This document shows positions 1 to 9,081 of a DNA stretch of 64,000 bases, piece by piece; position 1 is the stretch's first letter, and every line of letters begins with the position of its first letter. The notes beneath the pieces are model-generated. The model had not been told where the DNA came from. It saw only the letters and a list, made by a program, of their open reading frames with translations, and made no database searches. This DNA is from Candidatus Lustribacter sp. (lineage in GTDB: Bacteria > Vulcanimicrobiota > Vulcanimicrobiia > Vulcanimicrobiales > Vulcanimicrobiaceae), in assembly GCA_965277805.1 (NCBI GenBank), contig OZ255842.1, positions 3,168,001-3,232,000 on the forward strand, in the 5' to 3' direction. The translations under genes and the position numbers were made by a program.

Positions 1-300
1 AACGGCGACTGGTACGCAATCGCGCGCCGTGCCGAACTCTACGTGTTGGCCGGGCACCTCGCCGAGGCCGTCGGCGAGTTCGAGCGGGCCGGCGTCGAGG
101 CCCAGCATCGCAGTGCGCTCCGCGATGCGTCGCGGCTGTTCGCGCTCGCGGCCAAGACGGCCAAAGCGGCGATCAACGATTCCGAGTACATCCGCGACGA
201 GAGTTCGGATGAGGATGGCCTCGAACGCGCCATCACGCGCTGCCGCGCGCGCGCGAAGGCTCTGCGGCTGCGAATCCAGCGGACCGCAAGCGCCCTCTAA
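1..300 (+). CDS. Partial (5'-truncated) hypothetical protein, helical/TPR-like C-terminus
   Basis: Frame 1 is open from base 1 to TAA at 298-300 (NGDWYAIARRAELYVLAGHLAEAVGEFERA...); same strand as the next gene. Confidence 0.6.
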   Translation, partial: NGDWYAIARRAELYVLAGHLAEAVGEFERAGVEAQHRSALRDASRLFALAAKTAKAAINDSEYIRDESSDEDGLERAITRCRARAKALRLRIQRTASAL

Positions 301-324
301 GCTTGGCGCGGTGAAATAGCGTGG

Positions 325-2127
325 ATGGATCTTCAGGAGCAAGCTGAGCGACTCGATCGTGCGCTTGCCGCCGCCCAGCTGGCCGTCGCGGCGAATAGCG
401 AATCCGCCCAGTCCTGGCACGATCTCGGCGTGCTGCACCAGTTGCGCGGCGAGCTTGCCGACAGCTACACCGCTTTGCGGCGCGCCGTCGACCTCGATCC
501 GGCCTTCGCATCGGCGCACAATAACCTCGGCAACACGTTCGTGCGCATGGGCGACAACGAGCGCGCGATCGAGAGCTACCGCCGCGCCGTCGAGCATAAC
601 CCGGGCTTGATGGCCGCCCATGCCAACGCCGCGGCGGCCCTGCACGTCTTGGGACGGAACGCCGAAGCGCTCGTGCACGCGCGGCGCGCGGTCGAGATCG
701 AACCGGCGTCGACGCCGGCCCGCATCACGACCGCGTTCATCGACGGCGCTGTGTCCGGCTACGACATCGCGCTGGCGCAGATCGACGAACTACTGGTACG
801 CGAGCCCGAGAACCCGAGCGCGATCGCCGCTCGCGGCTACTGTCTGCTGCGCCTCGAACGTTTTGATGAAGCGCTCGCAACCGCACGCGACGCCCTTGCG
901 ATGCGTCCGAATTACGGCCTGTTCTTGGAAACGCTGGGCTGCGCGTTGCGCGGTCTCGGCCGGCCCGAAGAAGCCTTCGCCGCGTTCGATCGCGCCTACG
1001 AGCTCGGCCACGACCGCGCCGCCATCCTCGTCCTCAAGGCCGGCGGCCTGCTCGAGCTCGGGCGCATTGACGCAGCCCGGCGCGTGCTCGAAACGGCGCT
1101 CGAGATCACGCCCGATTTGCCGAGCGCATGGAGCATGCTCGCCGAGCTGCTCGATTTCGCGCCCGGCGATCCGGCGCTCGCGCGAATGGAATCGTTCCTC
1201 GCGAACTCGCCCAACCTGCGCGGGCTCGAGGCCCGTGTGTTCATGCACTTCGCGCTCGGGAAAGCGTATCGCAAATCCGGCGATCCGGAAAACGCATTTC
1301 GGCACTTCGGCGCGGGGAACGCGTTGCGGCGCAGCACGATCACCTACGACGTCGCCGACGACGAACGTTTCGCGGCGGACACGATCGCGTTCTTCACGCC
1401 GGAGAAGCTGCGCGCGTTGGGCGGCGCGGGCGATGCGTCGCGCGCACCGATCTTCGTGCTCGGGATGCCGCGCTCGGGAACCTCGCTGGTCGAACAAATT
1501 CTCGCCTCCCATCCCGACGTGCACGGTGCGGGCGAGCTGCTGCTGTTCGACCGCGCGATCGCGGAGGCCGGCGTCGACGATCTCACCGCGCTCGGCGCGC
1601 GCTACCTCGCACTGGTCGACGAGGTGGCACCGGCGACAAAACGGGTCGTCGATAAGTTGCCGAGCAACTTCCGGCACCTCGGCCTGCTGCATCTCGCGCT
1701 GCCGCGCGCGCGCTTCGTGCACACGACGCGCGATGCACTCGACACGTGCTTCTCGTGCTACACGACGAACTTCAGCGGCCGCCAAGATTTCTCGTGGAAT
1801 CTCGCCGAGTGCGGACGTTACTACCGCGCCTACGAAGCACTGATGGCGCATTGGCGCGCGATCTTACCGGCCGGCATCATGCTCGAGATCGCCTACGAGG
1901 ACGTCGTCGCGGACGTTGAGAGCAGCGCGCGCAAACTGCTGGCCTTCTGCGATCTTGCGTGGGATGACGCCGTGCTGCGCTTCTACGAAACCGAGCGCCC
2001 GATCCGCACCGCCAGCTACAAACAGGCCCGCCAGCCGATCTACTCCACCAGCGTGAAATCCGCCGGCACGTTCCGCGCAAACCTCCAGCCCCTCATCGAC
2101 GCACTCGCCGGCGAAGTCGATGGTTAG
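325..2127 (+). CDS. TPR-repeat sulfotransferase family protein
   Basis: N-terminal TPR repeats (AHNNLGN, AWSML); C-terminal PAPS-binding motif IFVLGMPRSGTSLVEQIL, VDKLP, RTAS..Q.RQPIY. Confidence 0.9.
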   Translation: MDLQEQAERLDRALAAAQLAVAANSESAQSWHDLGVLHQLRGELADSYTALRRAVDLDPAFASAHNNLGNTFVRMGDNERAIESYRRAVEHNPGLMAAHANAAAALHVLGRNAEALVHARRAVEIEPASTPARITTAFIDGAVSGYDIALAQIDELLVREPENPSAIAARGYCLLRLERFDEALATARDALAMRPNYGLFLETLGCALRGLGRPEEAFAAFDRAYELGHDRAAILVLKAGGLLELGRIDAARRVLETALEITPDLPSAWSMLAELLDFAPGDPALARMESFLANSPNLRGLEARVFMHFALGKAYRKSGDPENAFRHFGAGNALRRSTITYDVADDERFAADTIAFFTPEKLRALGGAGDASRAPIFVLGMPRSGTSLVEQILASHPDVHGAGELLLFDRAIAEAGVDDLTALGARYLALVDEVAPATKRVVDKLPSNFRHLGLLHLALPRARFVHTTRDALDTCFSCYTTNFSGRQDFSWNLAECGRYYRAYEALMAHWRAILPAGIMLEIAYEDVVADVESSARKLLAFCDLAWDDAVLRFYETERPIRTASYKQARQPIYSTSVKSAGTFRANLQPLIDALAGEVDG

Positions 2128-2531
2128 ACTTTTGCGTCTTTGAAGCAGGGCAGGCCGGCGGCGGCGAGTTCGGCGTCGCGCATTTTCGTCATGCCGGTGA
2201 CGCCGATGCCGCCGATGGTGGAACCATCCTTACCGACGATGGGAATACCGCCCGGCAGCGCAGTGAACATCGGATCGCCGTAGTACGAGATCTGCAGTTG
2301 GCGGCGGATGATCTCTTCGCCGAAGTTTTCGGTCGTGCGGTCCATCGAGCACGCCGTGTGCGCCTTGCGCTGCGACACCCGCATCCAGCGCGGACGGCAA
2401 CCGTCCATGCGGTACGCCGCGACGAGATCGGTGTTCTCATCGACGATCGCGATCGCTACGATGAATCCCGCCGCCTCGGTCGCAGCAACGATCTTCGCGA
2501 TCGCGGCTTGGGCCTCGGCGATGGTGATCAT
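2124..2531 (-). CDS. GlcG/HbpS family heme-binding protein
   Basis: MITIAEAQ...IAIVD...RMDG...RKAHTA...PGGIPI...IGGIGVTG; ATG overlaps the upstream TGA (TGATG). Confidence 0.8.
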   Translation of the reverse strand: MITIAEAQAAIAKIVAATEAAGFIVAIAIVDENTDLVAAYRMDGCRPRWMRVSQRKAHTACSMDRTTENFGEEIIRRQLQISYYGDPMFTALPGGIPIVGKDGSTIGGIGVTGMTKMRDAELAAAGLPCFKDAKV

Positions 2532-3517
2532 CAGATCTTGAACGCCTCCAGCGTTTCGGGCGCAAAGAGTTCTTGGGGATCCAGCTTGCGCTTGGAGAGC
2601 CCCTGCTCGAACGAATAGCGCGTGAACGTGTCGAGCACGTGCTTGTTCGCGGCGAATCCATAGGGCCAGTAGTCGTCGCCCATGAGCTTGCGCGCGGCTT
2701 CTTCTTCGGCGGACGCCCACGGCAGCATCGCTTGCAGCGACGCGGTGTTGTGCAAGTCCGCATACGTGATGCGCTGCGATTCGACGAACGCTTTGTAGAG
2801 CGCGTTCGCGAGCCAGCGGTTCTTCTCGTACACGTCGCGACGCAACACGACCGTGTGCATGATCGGGAAGATCTTCGTCTTCGCGTAATACGCCTGCTCG
2901 ACGGGAACGTAGTCTTCGAACAGCCGCTTGACGTGCGGCACCTTGCCGTAGCACGACGGCTTACGCGCGGTGTAGAGCGCATCGATCTTGCCGTCGACCA
3001 GCATCTGCGTGAGCGTGTCGGTGGGGCCGATCGGTTCGAGCTTGATATTCGGCGGCAAGTCGAGCGCGATTTTTTCCGGCCGGCCCGGTTCTTCTTCGCC
3101 GCCGGTCAAATACTGCACCGAGTCGACCGGCACGCCGTATTCGTCGGCCAGGATGCCGCGAATCCACGCCGGCGCGGTCATCTGGTACTCCGGATTGCCG
3201 ACGCGTTTGCCGATCAGGTCCTTCGGTTCGCGAATTCCGCTGTTCGCGTTGACGTAGATGCACGAATGCCGGAAGAACCGCGACGGCCACACCGGGATCG
3301 CGATGAACGGATCGTCCTTGAACTTCGAGAGGCAATACGACGAGAACGACATCTCGCACGCGTCGAACTCACGATGGCGCAGCATCCGGAAGAATGTCTC
3401 TTCGACCTCGAGCGCTTGATAGACGAGGTCGACGCCATCGACCTGCACGCGCCCGTCACGCATCGCTCGCGTGCGGTCGTAATCCCAGCACGCGAGTGAG
3501 AGGCTCAGTTTTGCCAC
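2531..3517 (-). CDS. 4,5-dihydroxyphthalate decarboxylase-like protein (OphC/Pht5; periplasmic-binding-protein fold, no signal peptide)
   Basis: LSLACWDYDRT, EFDACEMSFSSY, PSRFFRHS, PEYQMTA, IFPIMH, DYWPYG motifs; GTG start chosen at 3517. Confidence 0.8.
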   Translation of the reverse strand: MAKLSLSLACWDYDRTRAMRDGRVQVDGVDLVYQALEVEETFFRMLRHREFDACEMSFSSYCLSKFKDDPFIAIPVWPSRFFRHSCIYVNANSGIREPKDLIGKRVGNPEYQMTAPAWIRGILADEYGVPVDSVQYLTGGEEEPGRPEKIALDLPPNIKLEPIGPTDTLTQMLVDGKIDALYTARKPSCYGKVPHVKRLFEDYVPVEQAYYAKTKIFPIMHTVVLRRDVYEKNRWLANALYKAFVESQRITYADLHNTASLQAMLPWASAEEEAARKLMGDDYWPYGFAANKHVLDTFTRYSFEQGLSKRKLDPQELFAPETLEAFKI

Positions 3518-3521
3518 GTTG

Positions 3522-4640
3522 TTAAGCGGCGGCTTCCTTCCAGGGCTTGACGTTGACGTGGATGCAGTCTTTTTCACCCTGGCCGCCGACCGAGCGGATC
3601 GCGAGATCGACTTGGTCGAGCGAGAACGTGTGCGTGAGCGCGTTCTCGATCGGGAAGCGGTGCGAAGCCAGTTGCTGCATCGCGAGTTCGCACGCCGCGT
3701 AGCTGTGACCGCGTGCGCTCTTGATCGTGACGTACTTGAGCGTCAGCTCTTCCATCGGGAAGTCGGGGAACGTCTTCGATTCGTTGCCCTGCACGACCAG
3801 CGTGCCGGCCTTGCCCTTGAGCGCGCGCAAACCGGTGAAGAACGCCTTCTGTCCGGCGCCTGCCGTGCAGTCGATCGACACGTCGACGCCCTTGCCGGAC
3901 GTCACTTCGCGGACTTTCTCGAGCACGTCGGTCTGCTCGACGTCGATGATGACGTCGGCGCCGAGCTGCTTTGCGACTTCGAGACGCTTTTTGTCTTTCG
4001 ACGTGCCGCTGATGATGATCAGATCGGCACCGGCTTGTTTCGCGGTGACGACTTGGCACAAGCCCTGCTGACCCGGACCTTGAATGAGCACTTTCGAGCC
4101 GTAGCCGATGCCCGCTTCGAACAGCGTCCACTGCACGCCGTTGGCCATCGGCGTGCCGATGCCGGCGAGCTCGGCGCTCACACCGTCGGGAACTTTGTGA
4201 CAGACCGCGTTCCACGGCATGTAGAGATAGCGCGCGAAACCGCCCCACAGATGCGGCGCGATGTCGGAGGTGGTGTAGCCGTAACGGATCGCACCCGGAT
4301 TGTGGTGCCAGTCGGTGAAGAAGCAGTGGCGGTACTCACCCTTGTGGCACCACTCGCACTTCGTGCACGGCAGATAGTGCTCGAGGAAGACCAAGTCGCC
4401 TTCCTTGAGGCCCTTGCGCTCGAGCCACTTCTTGCCGGCTTTGTAAATACGGCCGACGTTCTCGTGACCCATGATGACGTTGTCGATCGACCCTTTGTAA
4501 TTCTTCACGTCGCTGCCGCAAATGCCGGCAACTTCCACCTTGAGGATCGCCGACTCGTCGTCGATCTCAGGCATCTTGAATTCGCGAAGTTCGGTTGTGC
4601 TCGGGCCCGTTTTGACCGCGCAAGGCACCATTTCTGCCAT
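3522..4640 (-). CDS. Zinc-binding (MDR family) dehydrogenase
   Basis: GICGSD, GHE, structural-Zn CxxCxxC..C, GPGQQG nucleotide-binding loop. Confidence 0.9.
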   Translation of the reverse strand: MAEMVPCAVKTGPSTTELREFKMPEIDDESAILKVEVAGICGSDVKNYKGSIDNVIMGHENVGRIYKAGKKWLERKGLKEGDLVFLEHYLPCTKCEWCHKGEYRHCFFTDWHHNPGAIRYGYTTSDIAPHLWGGFARYLYMPWNAVCHKVPDGVSAELAGIGTPMANGVQWTLFEAGIGYGSKVLIQGPGQQGLCQVVTAKQAGADLIIISGTSKDKKRLEVAKQLGADVIIDVEQTDVLEKVREVTSGKGVDVSIDCTAGAGQKAFFTGLRALKGKAGTLVVQGNESKTFPDFPMEELTLKYVTIKSARGHSYAACELAMQQLASHRFPIENALTHTFSLDQVDLAIRSVGGQGEKDCIHVNVKPWKEAAA

Positions 4641-4665
4641 GAATAACTCTTTCTCTCGGACGTAT

Positions 4666-4740
4666 TGTCATCCCGAGCTTGTCGAGGGACCGCCTCAATC
4701 TTTGTTGCTGTGGCTATCCCTCGACAAGCTCGGGATGACA
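4666..4740. repeat. Palindromic intergenic repeat (REP/MITE-like), copy 1
   Basis: Perfect 24-bp inverted repeat TGTCATCCCGAGCTTGTCGAGGGA (4666-4689) / TCCCTCGACAAGCTCGGGATGACA (4717-4740). Confidence 0.9.
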
Positions 4741-4769
4741 CAAAGGGTTCACTTCGGAAGAACCGGCTC

Positions 4770-5585
4770 CTACGTCGGAACTTGGCCGCGGATGTGGCGC
4801 CCCTCGCGCACGTCGGTCGCATAGGCGCCGATCGCCTCGAGCGTGATTTTTGCGACGTTGGCATAGCTATCGGCGGTTGAATCGGCCGCCGACGCAGCGT
4901 ATCCGATGGCCGCGTGGGCCATGCGCATGCGCCCGTCGAGCCAGGGTCCCCCGCCGAAGCCGCCGATCACCGGGATCTTGACCGCCGCGGTCACCGCGGG
5001 GCCGACGATCGGGCCGGAATTCTGGAAGTCGAGCAGCGAGGCGCCGGCCTCCTCGAGCATCTTCGCCTCGGCCACCAGCTGCTGGGTCATCTCGGCCGGC
5101 ACTTGCGCGCCCTTCTGCATCGCGGAGTAGTCGACGCCGTAGCGGAGCGCCGTCTGCGGCGTGATGCCGAAGTGCGCGAACACCGGAATCCCGGCCTTTT
5201 CCAGCGCCCGTACGGCCTCCGGAAAGGCCGCCGCGCCGTCGAGTTTGATCATGTCCGCGCCGGCCTCTTTGACCAGCCGAATGGCCGCGCGGACCGCGCT
5301 GTCGACGCCCTCCTGCAGCGGCCCGAACGGGAAATCGACGCTGACCAGCGCGCGCTCGGTTCCGCGGCGCACGGCTTGGCAAACCAGCACCATCTGGTCC
5401 ATCGTGACCTCGAGCGGCGAGGGCTGGCCCCAGAGATTGATCCCGACCGTGTCACCGACTGAAATGATCTCGACGCCGGCCCGGTCGACGAGCTGCGCGA
5501 TCTGATAATCCCACGCCACCACACCCACGATCTTGCGCCCGTCGCGCTTCATCTGGTGCAGTGCGGGAATCGTGACTTTTTGCAT
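4770..5585 (-). CDS. PanB-like (ketopantoate hydroxymethyltransferase / PEP-mutase fold) protein, divergent
   Basis: VAWD, SVGDT, VDFPF, IKLDG, AHFGITPQ align with PanB motifs TAYD, LVGDS, DLPF, VKIEG, GHLGLTPQ, with substitutions. Confidence 0.75.
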   Translation of the reverse strand: MQKVTIPALHQMKRDGRKIVGVVAWDYQIAQLVDRAGVEIISVGDTVGINLWGQPSPLEVTMDQMVLVCQAVRRGTERALVSVDFPFGPLQEGVDSAVRAAIRLVKEAGADMIKLDGAAAFPEAVRALEKAGIPVFAHFGITPQTALRYGVDYSAMQKGAQVPAEMTQQLVAEAKMLEEAGASLLDFQNSGPIVGPAVTAAVKIPVIGGFGGGPWLDGRMRMAHAAIGYAASAADSTADSYANVAKITLEAIGAYATDVREGRHIRGQVPT

Positions 5586-5599
5586 GGCATTTGGGCTTC

Positions 5600-6544
5600 A
5601 TGACGCTTACGACCGTTACCCGCACGCAAGGAAACAATCAGGCCTTCAAGGAGGGCGTGGTCAAACCGCGCACGTTCACGCCCGAATTCATCGAGATCCC
5701 GGTGCTCGTCGACGGCTTTCGCCGCATGGTGCGCGGGCTCGAATTCGACATCTGCGAGATGGCGATCACGACCTACCTGACCGCCCGCGAACACGGCATC
5801 CAGTTCACCGCGGTGCCGGTGTTTCTCGTGCGCGCGTTCCATCACGGCGCAATCCTCGTCAACAAAAACGCCGGCATCAAAACACCGAAAGATCTCGAAG
5901 GCAAACGCGTCGGCGTGAACCGCGGCTACACCGTGACGACGGGTGTCTGGGCGCGCAGCATCCTCGCCAACGAGTACGGCGTCGACTTGAAGAAAATTAC
6001 CTGGGTGCTCTCGGGCGACGAACACGTCGCAACGTACGTCGCGCCGCCGAACGTCGTACCGATCGAGGCCGGCAAAAAGATGGACGAGATGCTGATCTCG
6101 GGTGAACTGGTGGCGGCGATCGGCCTCGAGGGGACGAACGATCCCAACGTCGGTCCGCTGATTCCGAACGGGCTCGAAGCGGGCCTCGCCGCGTTCAAGA
6201 AAACCGGCCACTATCCGATCAACCACCTCGTCTCGATTCGCAACACCACGCTCGCCGAACACCCCGATCTTGCTGCCGACGTGTTCGAAACGTTCGCCAA
6301 GTCGAAGGAGCTCTACGTGGAGAAACTCCGCGCCGGCACGATCGAAAAGCCGACACCCATCGACGAGATGCACAAGCGCGTGATGGAGATCAGCGGCAAA
6401 GACCCGCTCCCCTACGGCATCGAACCCAATCGCAAAGTCCTCGAAGAAATCATCGCCACCGCCACCGCCCAAGGCATCCTAACCAAACCCTTCACCGTCG
6501 AAGAAATGTTCACACCGAGCGTACGCGATCTAGTAAGCGCCTAA
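5600..6544 (+). CDS. 4,5-dihydroxyphthalate decarboxylase-like / SBP-fold protein (second paralogue)
   Basis: FRRMVRGLEFDICEMAITTY, RAFHH, GYTVTTGVWAR, YPINH, DPLPYG; no signal peptide. Confidence 0.75.
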   Translation: MTLTTVTRTQGNNQAFKEGVVKPRTFTPEFIEIPVLVDGFRRMVRGLEFDICEMAITTYLTAREHGIQFTAVPVFLVRAFHHGAILVNKNAGIKTPKDLEGKRVGVNRGYTVTTGVWARSILANEYGVDLKKITWVLSGDEHVATYVAPPNVVPIEAGKKMDEMLISGELVAAIGLEGTNDPNVGPLIPNGLEAGLAAFKKTGHYPINHLVSIRNTTLAEHPDLAADVFETFAKSKELYVEKLRAGTIEKPTPIDEMHKRVMEISGKDPLPYGIEPNRKVLEEIIATATAQGILTKPFTVEEMFTPSVRDLVSA

Positions 6545-6545
6545 A

Positions 6546-6704
6546 CCCCATTTGTCATTCCGAGCGGAGCGCGAAGGCGCGAAGACGAGGAACCCGCCAC
6601 AATCATGGTCGCCGAGTATCCGACGGCGTAGGCCGGAGGAGTGACGACCGTCAACGCTGAGTGGAGCTGCCCCGGCTCGCGCTCCGCTCGGCATGACAAT
6701 GGGG
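6546..6704. repeat. Palindromic intergenic element between convergent genes (related TGTCA...TGACA family), possible bidirectional terminator
   Basis: Arms CCCCATTTGTCATTCCGAGCGGAGCGCGA / TCGCGCTCCGCTCGGCATGACAATGGGG. Confidence 0.75.
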
Positions 6705-6715
6705 TGGGGAGTGCG

Positions 6716-7564
6716 CTAGTTGATGCCGAGGAAATTTAGGACTCGGGTGGGGGTGTTGGCTTCGGTTTGGTCGGGCGGGGCGACATCCCAGTATTCGGAG
6801 CGCGGTAGGCACTCGGCGAGATAGCGTGCGGCGGACGTTGCGTGCGCGGCGTCGGCGCCGGGGATGATGAGCGCGGGGATGTCGAGGTTCATCAGTTCTT
6901 CGGGTTCGGCGCCGGGCGCGGTATCGGTTGCGTGCATCGTGCGCACGATGCCGGCGACGAGTGCGCTGTATTTCGCGACGTCGAGCTTCACGTATGACGC
7001 CGCAAAGGTGCGGTCGTGCTTGAGCACCGCGCCCCACGGGCCGACGCGCGGATCGCTGCCGAAATGTTTGCCTTCGCTCTGCACGAGTGCATCGACGCCG
7101 GCCAGACCCTCTTGCTGCACGAACGCGAGGTGCTGCGCGTAGCGCAGGTGCGAGTTCATCCGATACGCTGCGCCGCCGACGGGGAAAATCAACGGCAAAC
7201 TCAGCGTCGCTTCGGGGTACTTCACGCCGAAGGCCAGCGCGCACGGAACGCCCATGCAGCCGCCCATGACGTGCGCTTTGTCGAAGCCGAGATGATCGAG
7301 CAGCGCCTTCCCCTGCGTCGCGTAGAGCGACCAGCGCAAGAACTCGACCCGGCCGCCCGATGCGCCGGTGTCGCGGCGGTCGAACATGATACAGGTGAAG
7401 TGTTTGGTCAGGTGATCGAGGATGTGGACCTTCGCATAGACGCCGATCGTCGACCACTTCTCGATCGTCGCTTCGAAGCCGCCGGGCGAATACATGAGAA
7501 GCGGCGGCCCGGAACCCGCTACTTCGTAGCGCGTGGAGATGCCGTCGAGAACTGCGGTCGCCAT
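6716..7564 (-). CDS. Alpha/beta hydrolase with Cys at the nucleophile elbow
   Basis: YEVAGSGPPLL, DRRDTGAS, G-G-C-M-G, IIPGAD. Confidence 0.8.
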   Translation of the reverse strand: MATAVLDGISTRYEVAGSGPPLLMYSPGGFEATIEKWSTIGVYAKVHILDHLTKHFTCIMFDRRDTGASGGRVEFLRWSLYATQGKALLDHLGFDKAHVMGGCMGVPCALAFGVKYPEATLSLPLIFPVGGAAYRMNSHLRYAQHLAFVQQEGLAGVDALVQSEGKHFGSDPRVGPWGAVLKHDRTFAASYVKLDVAKYSALVAGIVRTMHATDTAPGAEPEELMNLDIPALIIPGADAAHATSAARYLAECLPRSEYWDVAPPDQTEANTPTRVLNFLGIN

Positions 7565-7577
7565 TATTTGCGGGCGG

Positions 7578-8705
7578 TCAGGTCGCGTGCTGCCAAGGAT
7601 CGATCGTGACGTGAATGGCCTGATTGCCGAATTTGTCGCGGATCTCGCCGCCCACCAGACGCAGCGCTTCATCGACGCCTTCGAGACCATACTCGTGCGT
7701 CGACATCGCTTCGAGGTCGACCGTGCCCGAGGACATCAATTCGAGCCCCATCTCGACGGCTTTGAAGCTATGCCCGCGCACGCCGCGGAAGTTGATCGTC
7801 TTACCGATGATCGTGTCGAGCGCGAAACCGTCGATCGCTTTGTGCTTGAACGCGGCGGCGATGAAGCGGCCGTGGCGCGCTTTGAGGATGTCGAGTCCGG
7901 CGTTGATCACTTCGCTTGCGCCGCCCGACGACACGTCGAGCACGAGGTCTGCGCCTTTGCCGCCGGTGATCTCGTTGACGCGGTCGCGCAGTGATTCTTT
8001 GTCGACTTCGATCGTGAAGTCGGCGCCGAGTTTCTTCGCAACCTCGAGCCGCTGAGCATCGCTCGCGAGGCCGGTCGAGATCACCGTGCGCGCGCCGGCG
8101 GCTTTCGCGGCAACGACGCACGCCAAGCCCTGCTGTCCCGGACCTTGCACGACGACCGTTTCGCCGACGCTCGCGCCGCCGTCGAGAAATGCCCACTGAA
8201 AACCGTTGCCCAGCGGCAGGGCCATCGCGGCCATGCGCGGCGGCACGTTGGCCGGCACCTTGTGCATCACGGCGCGTGGATGGATGTACTGGAACTGGCT
8301 ATAGCCGCCCCACAGGCCTGGCCACACCGTCGTCGTCGTCGACCCGTAACGCAAGCCGCCGTTGATGCGGTTGGTGCCTGAGCACGCGCGGTATTCGCCG
8401 GCGCGGCAGAGATCGCAGCTCCCGCACGGGAGATATTCCTCGAGCGCCACGTAATCGCCGACCTTCACGCCCCAACGCTCGGCAGCTAGGTCGCCGAGCT
8501 TCTCGATGATGCCGACGTTCTCGTGGCCGAGGATGCGCGGCAGACGCGTGGCGTCGGCGTACCCCGGCACGTCGGCGCCGCAGATGCCCGCACGCAGCAC
8601 GCGCAGGATCCCGGCGTCGGCCGGAATCTCCGGCAGCTCGAACTCTTGAATCTGGGTTTGTTTGGGCGCGATCTGGACCGCGGCGCGCAGGGTGTCGGTA
8701 GCCAT
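7578..8705 (-). CDS. Zinc-binding (MDR family) dehydrogenase, paralogue of 3522-4640
   Basis: GICGAD, GHENVG, CGSCDLC..C, GPGQQG, RGHS. Confidence 0.9.
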   Translation of the reverse strand: MATDTLRAAVQIAPKQTQIQEFELPEIPADAGILRVLRAGICGADVPGYADATRLPRILGHENVGIIEKLGDLAAERWGVKVGDYVALEEYLPCGSCDLCRAGEYRACSGTNRINGGLRYGSTTTTVWPGLWGGYSQFQYIHPRAVMHKVPANVPPRMAAMALPLGNGFQWAFLDGGASVGETVVVQGPGQQGLACVVAAKAAGARTVISTGLASDAQRLEVAKKLGADFTIEVDKESLRDRVNEITGGKGADLVLDVSSGGASEVINAGLDILKARHGRFIAAAFKHKAIDGFALDTIIGKTINFRGVRGHSFKAVEMGLELMSSGTVDLEAMSTHEYGLEGVDEALRLVGGEIRDKFGNQAIHVTIDPWQHAT

Positions 8706-8811
8706 GATGTGCTCCCCTCAGTCGCCTTGCGGCGCGTCTCCTGCCCGGCTCTTGGCAAAATCGCAGCATTGCCTCAAGTCCGCTACAGGTTCCAAGACTA
8801 CGCTAGGTCGC

Positions 8812-9081
8812 ATGACGATGATCCCGCTTCTCCCCGACAGCGACGGTGACTGCACGGCGAACCTGCGGGCGGCCCTCAAGGACGCCGGCGGCGAAGACCT
8901 CGCGATCGACCTCGAGCGCGTGCCCTACCTCTCATCCCAAGCGCTGACCGAACTGGCGCGTTTCCGGCGCCAGCATCGCGGCGAACGCATCGTGCTCCGC
9001 CATCCCAATGCGCTCGTGCTGCGCACCTTGCACATCGTGGGCTTCAACAAACTGTTCTCGATCGACAACGCAGCCGCTTAG
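8812..9081 (+). CDS. STAS domain protein (anti-sigma factor antagonist-like)
   Basis: IDLERVPYLSSQAL...VLRTLHIVGFNKLF; TACGCT -10-like hexamer 7 nt upstream of ATG. Confidence 0.75.
   Translation: MTMIPLLPDSDGDCTANLRAALKDAGGEDLAIDLERVPYLSSQALTELARFRRQHRGERIVLRHPNALVLRTLHIVGFNKLFSIDNAAA

Noticed and set aside
4666-6704. Palindromic repeats as a CRISPR array
   Set aside because: Copies are dispersed inverted repeats, not regularly spaced direct repeats; no cas genes
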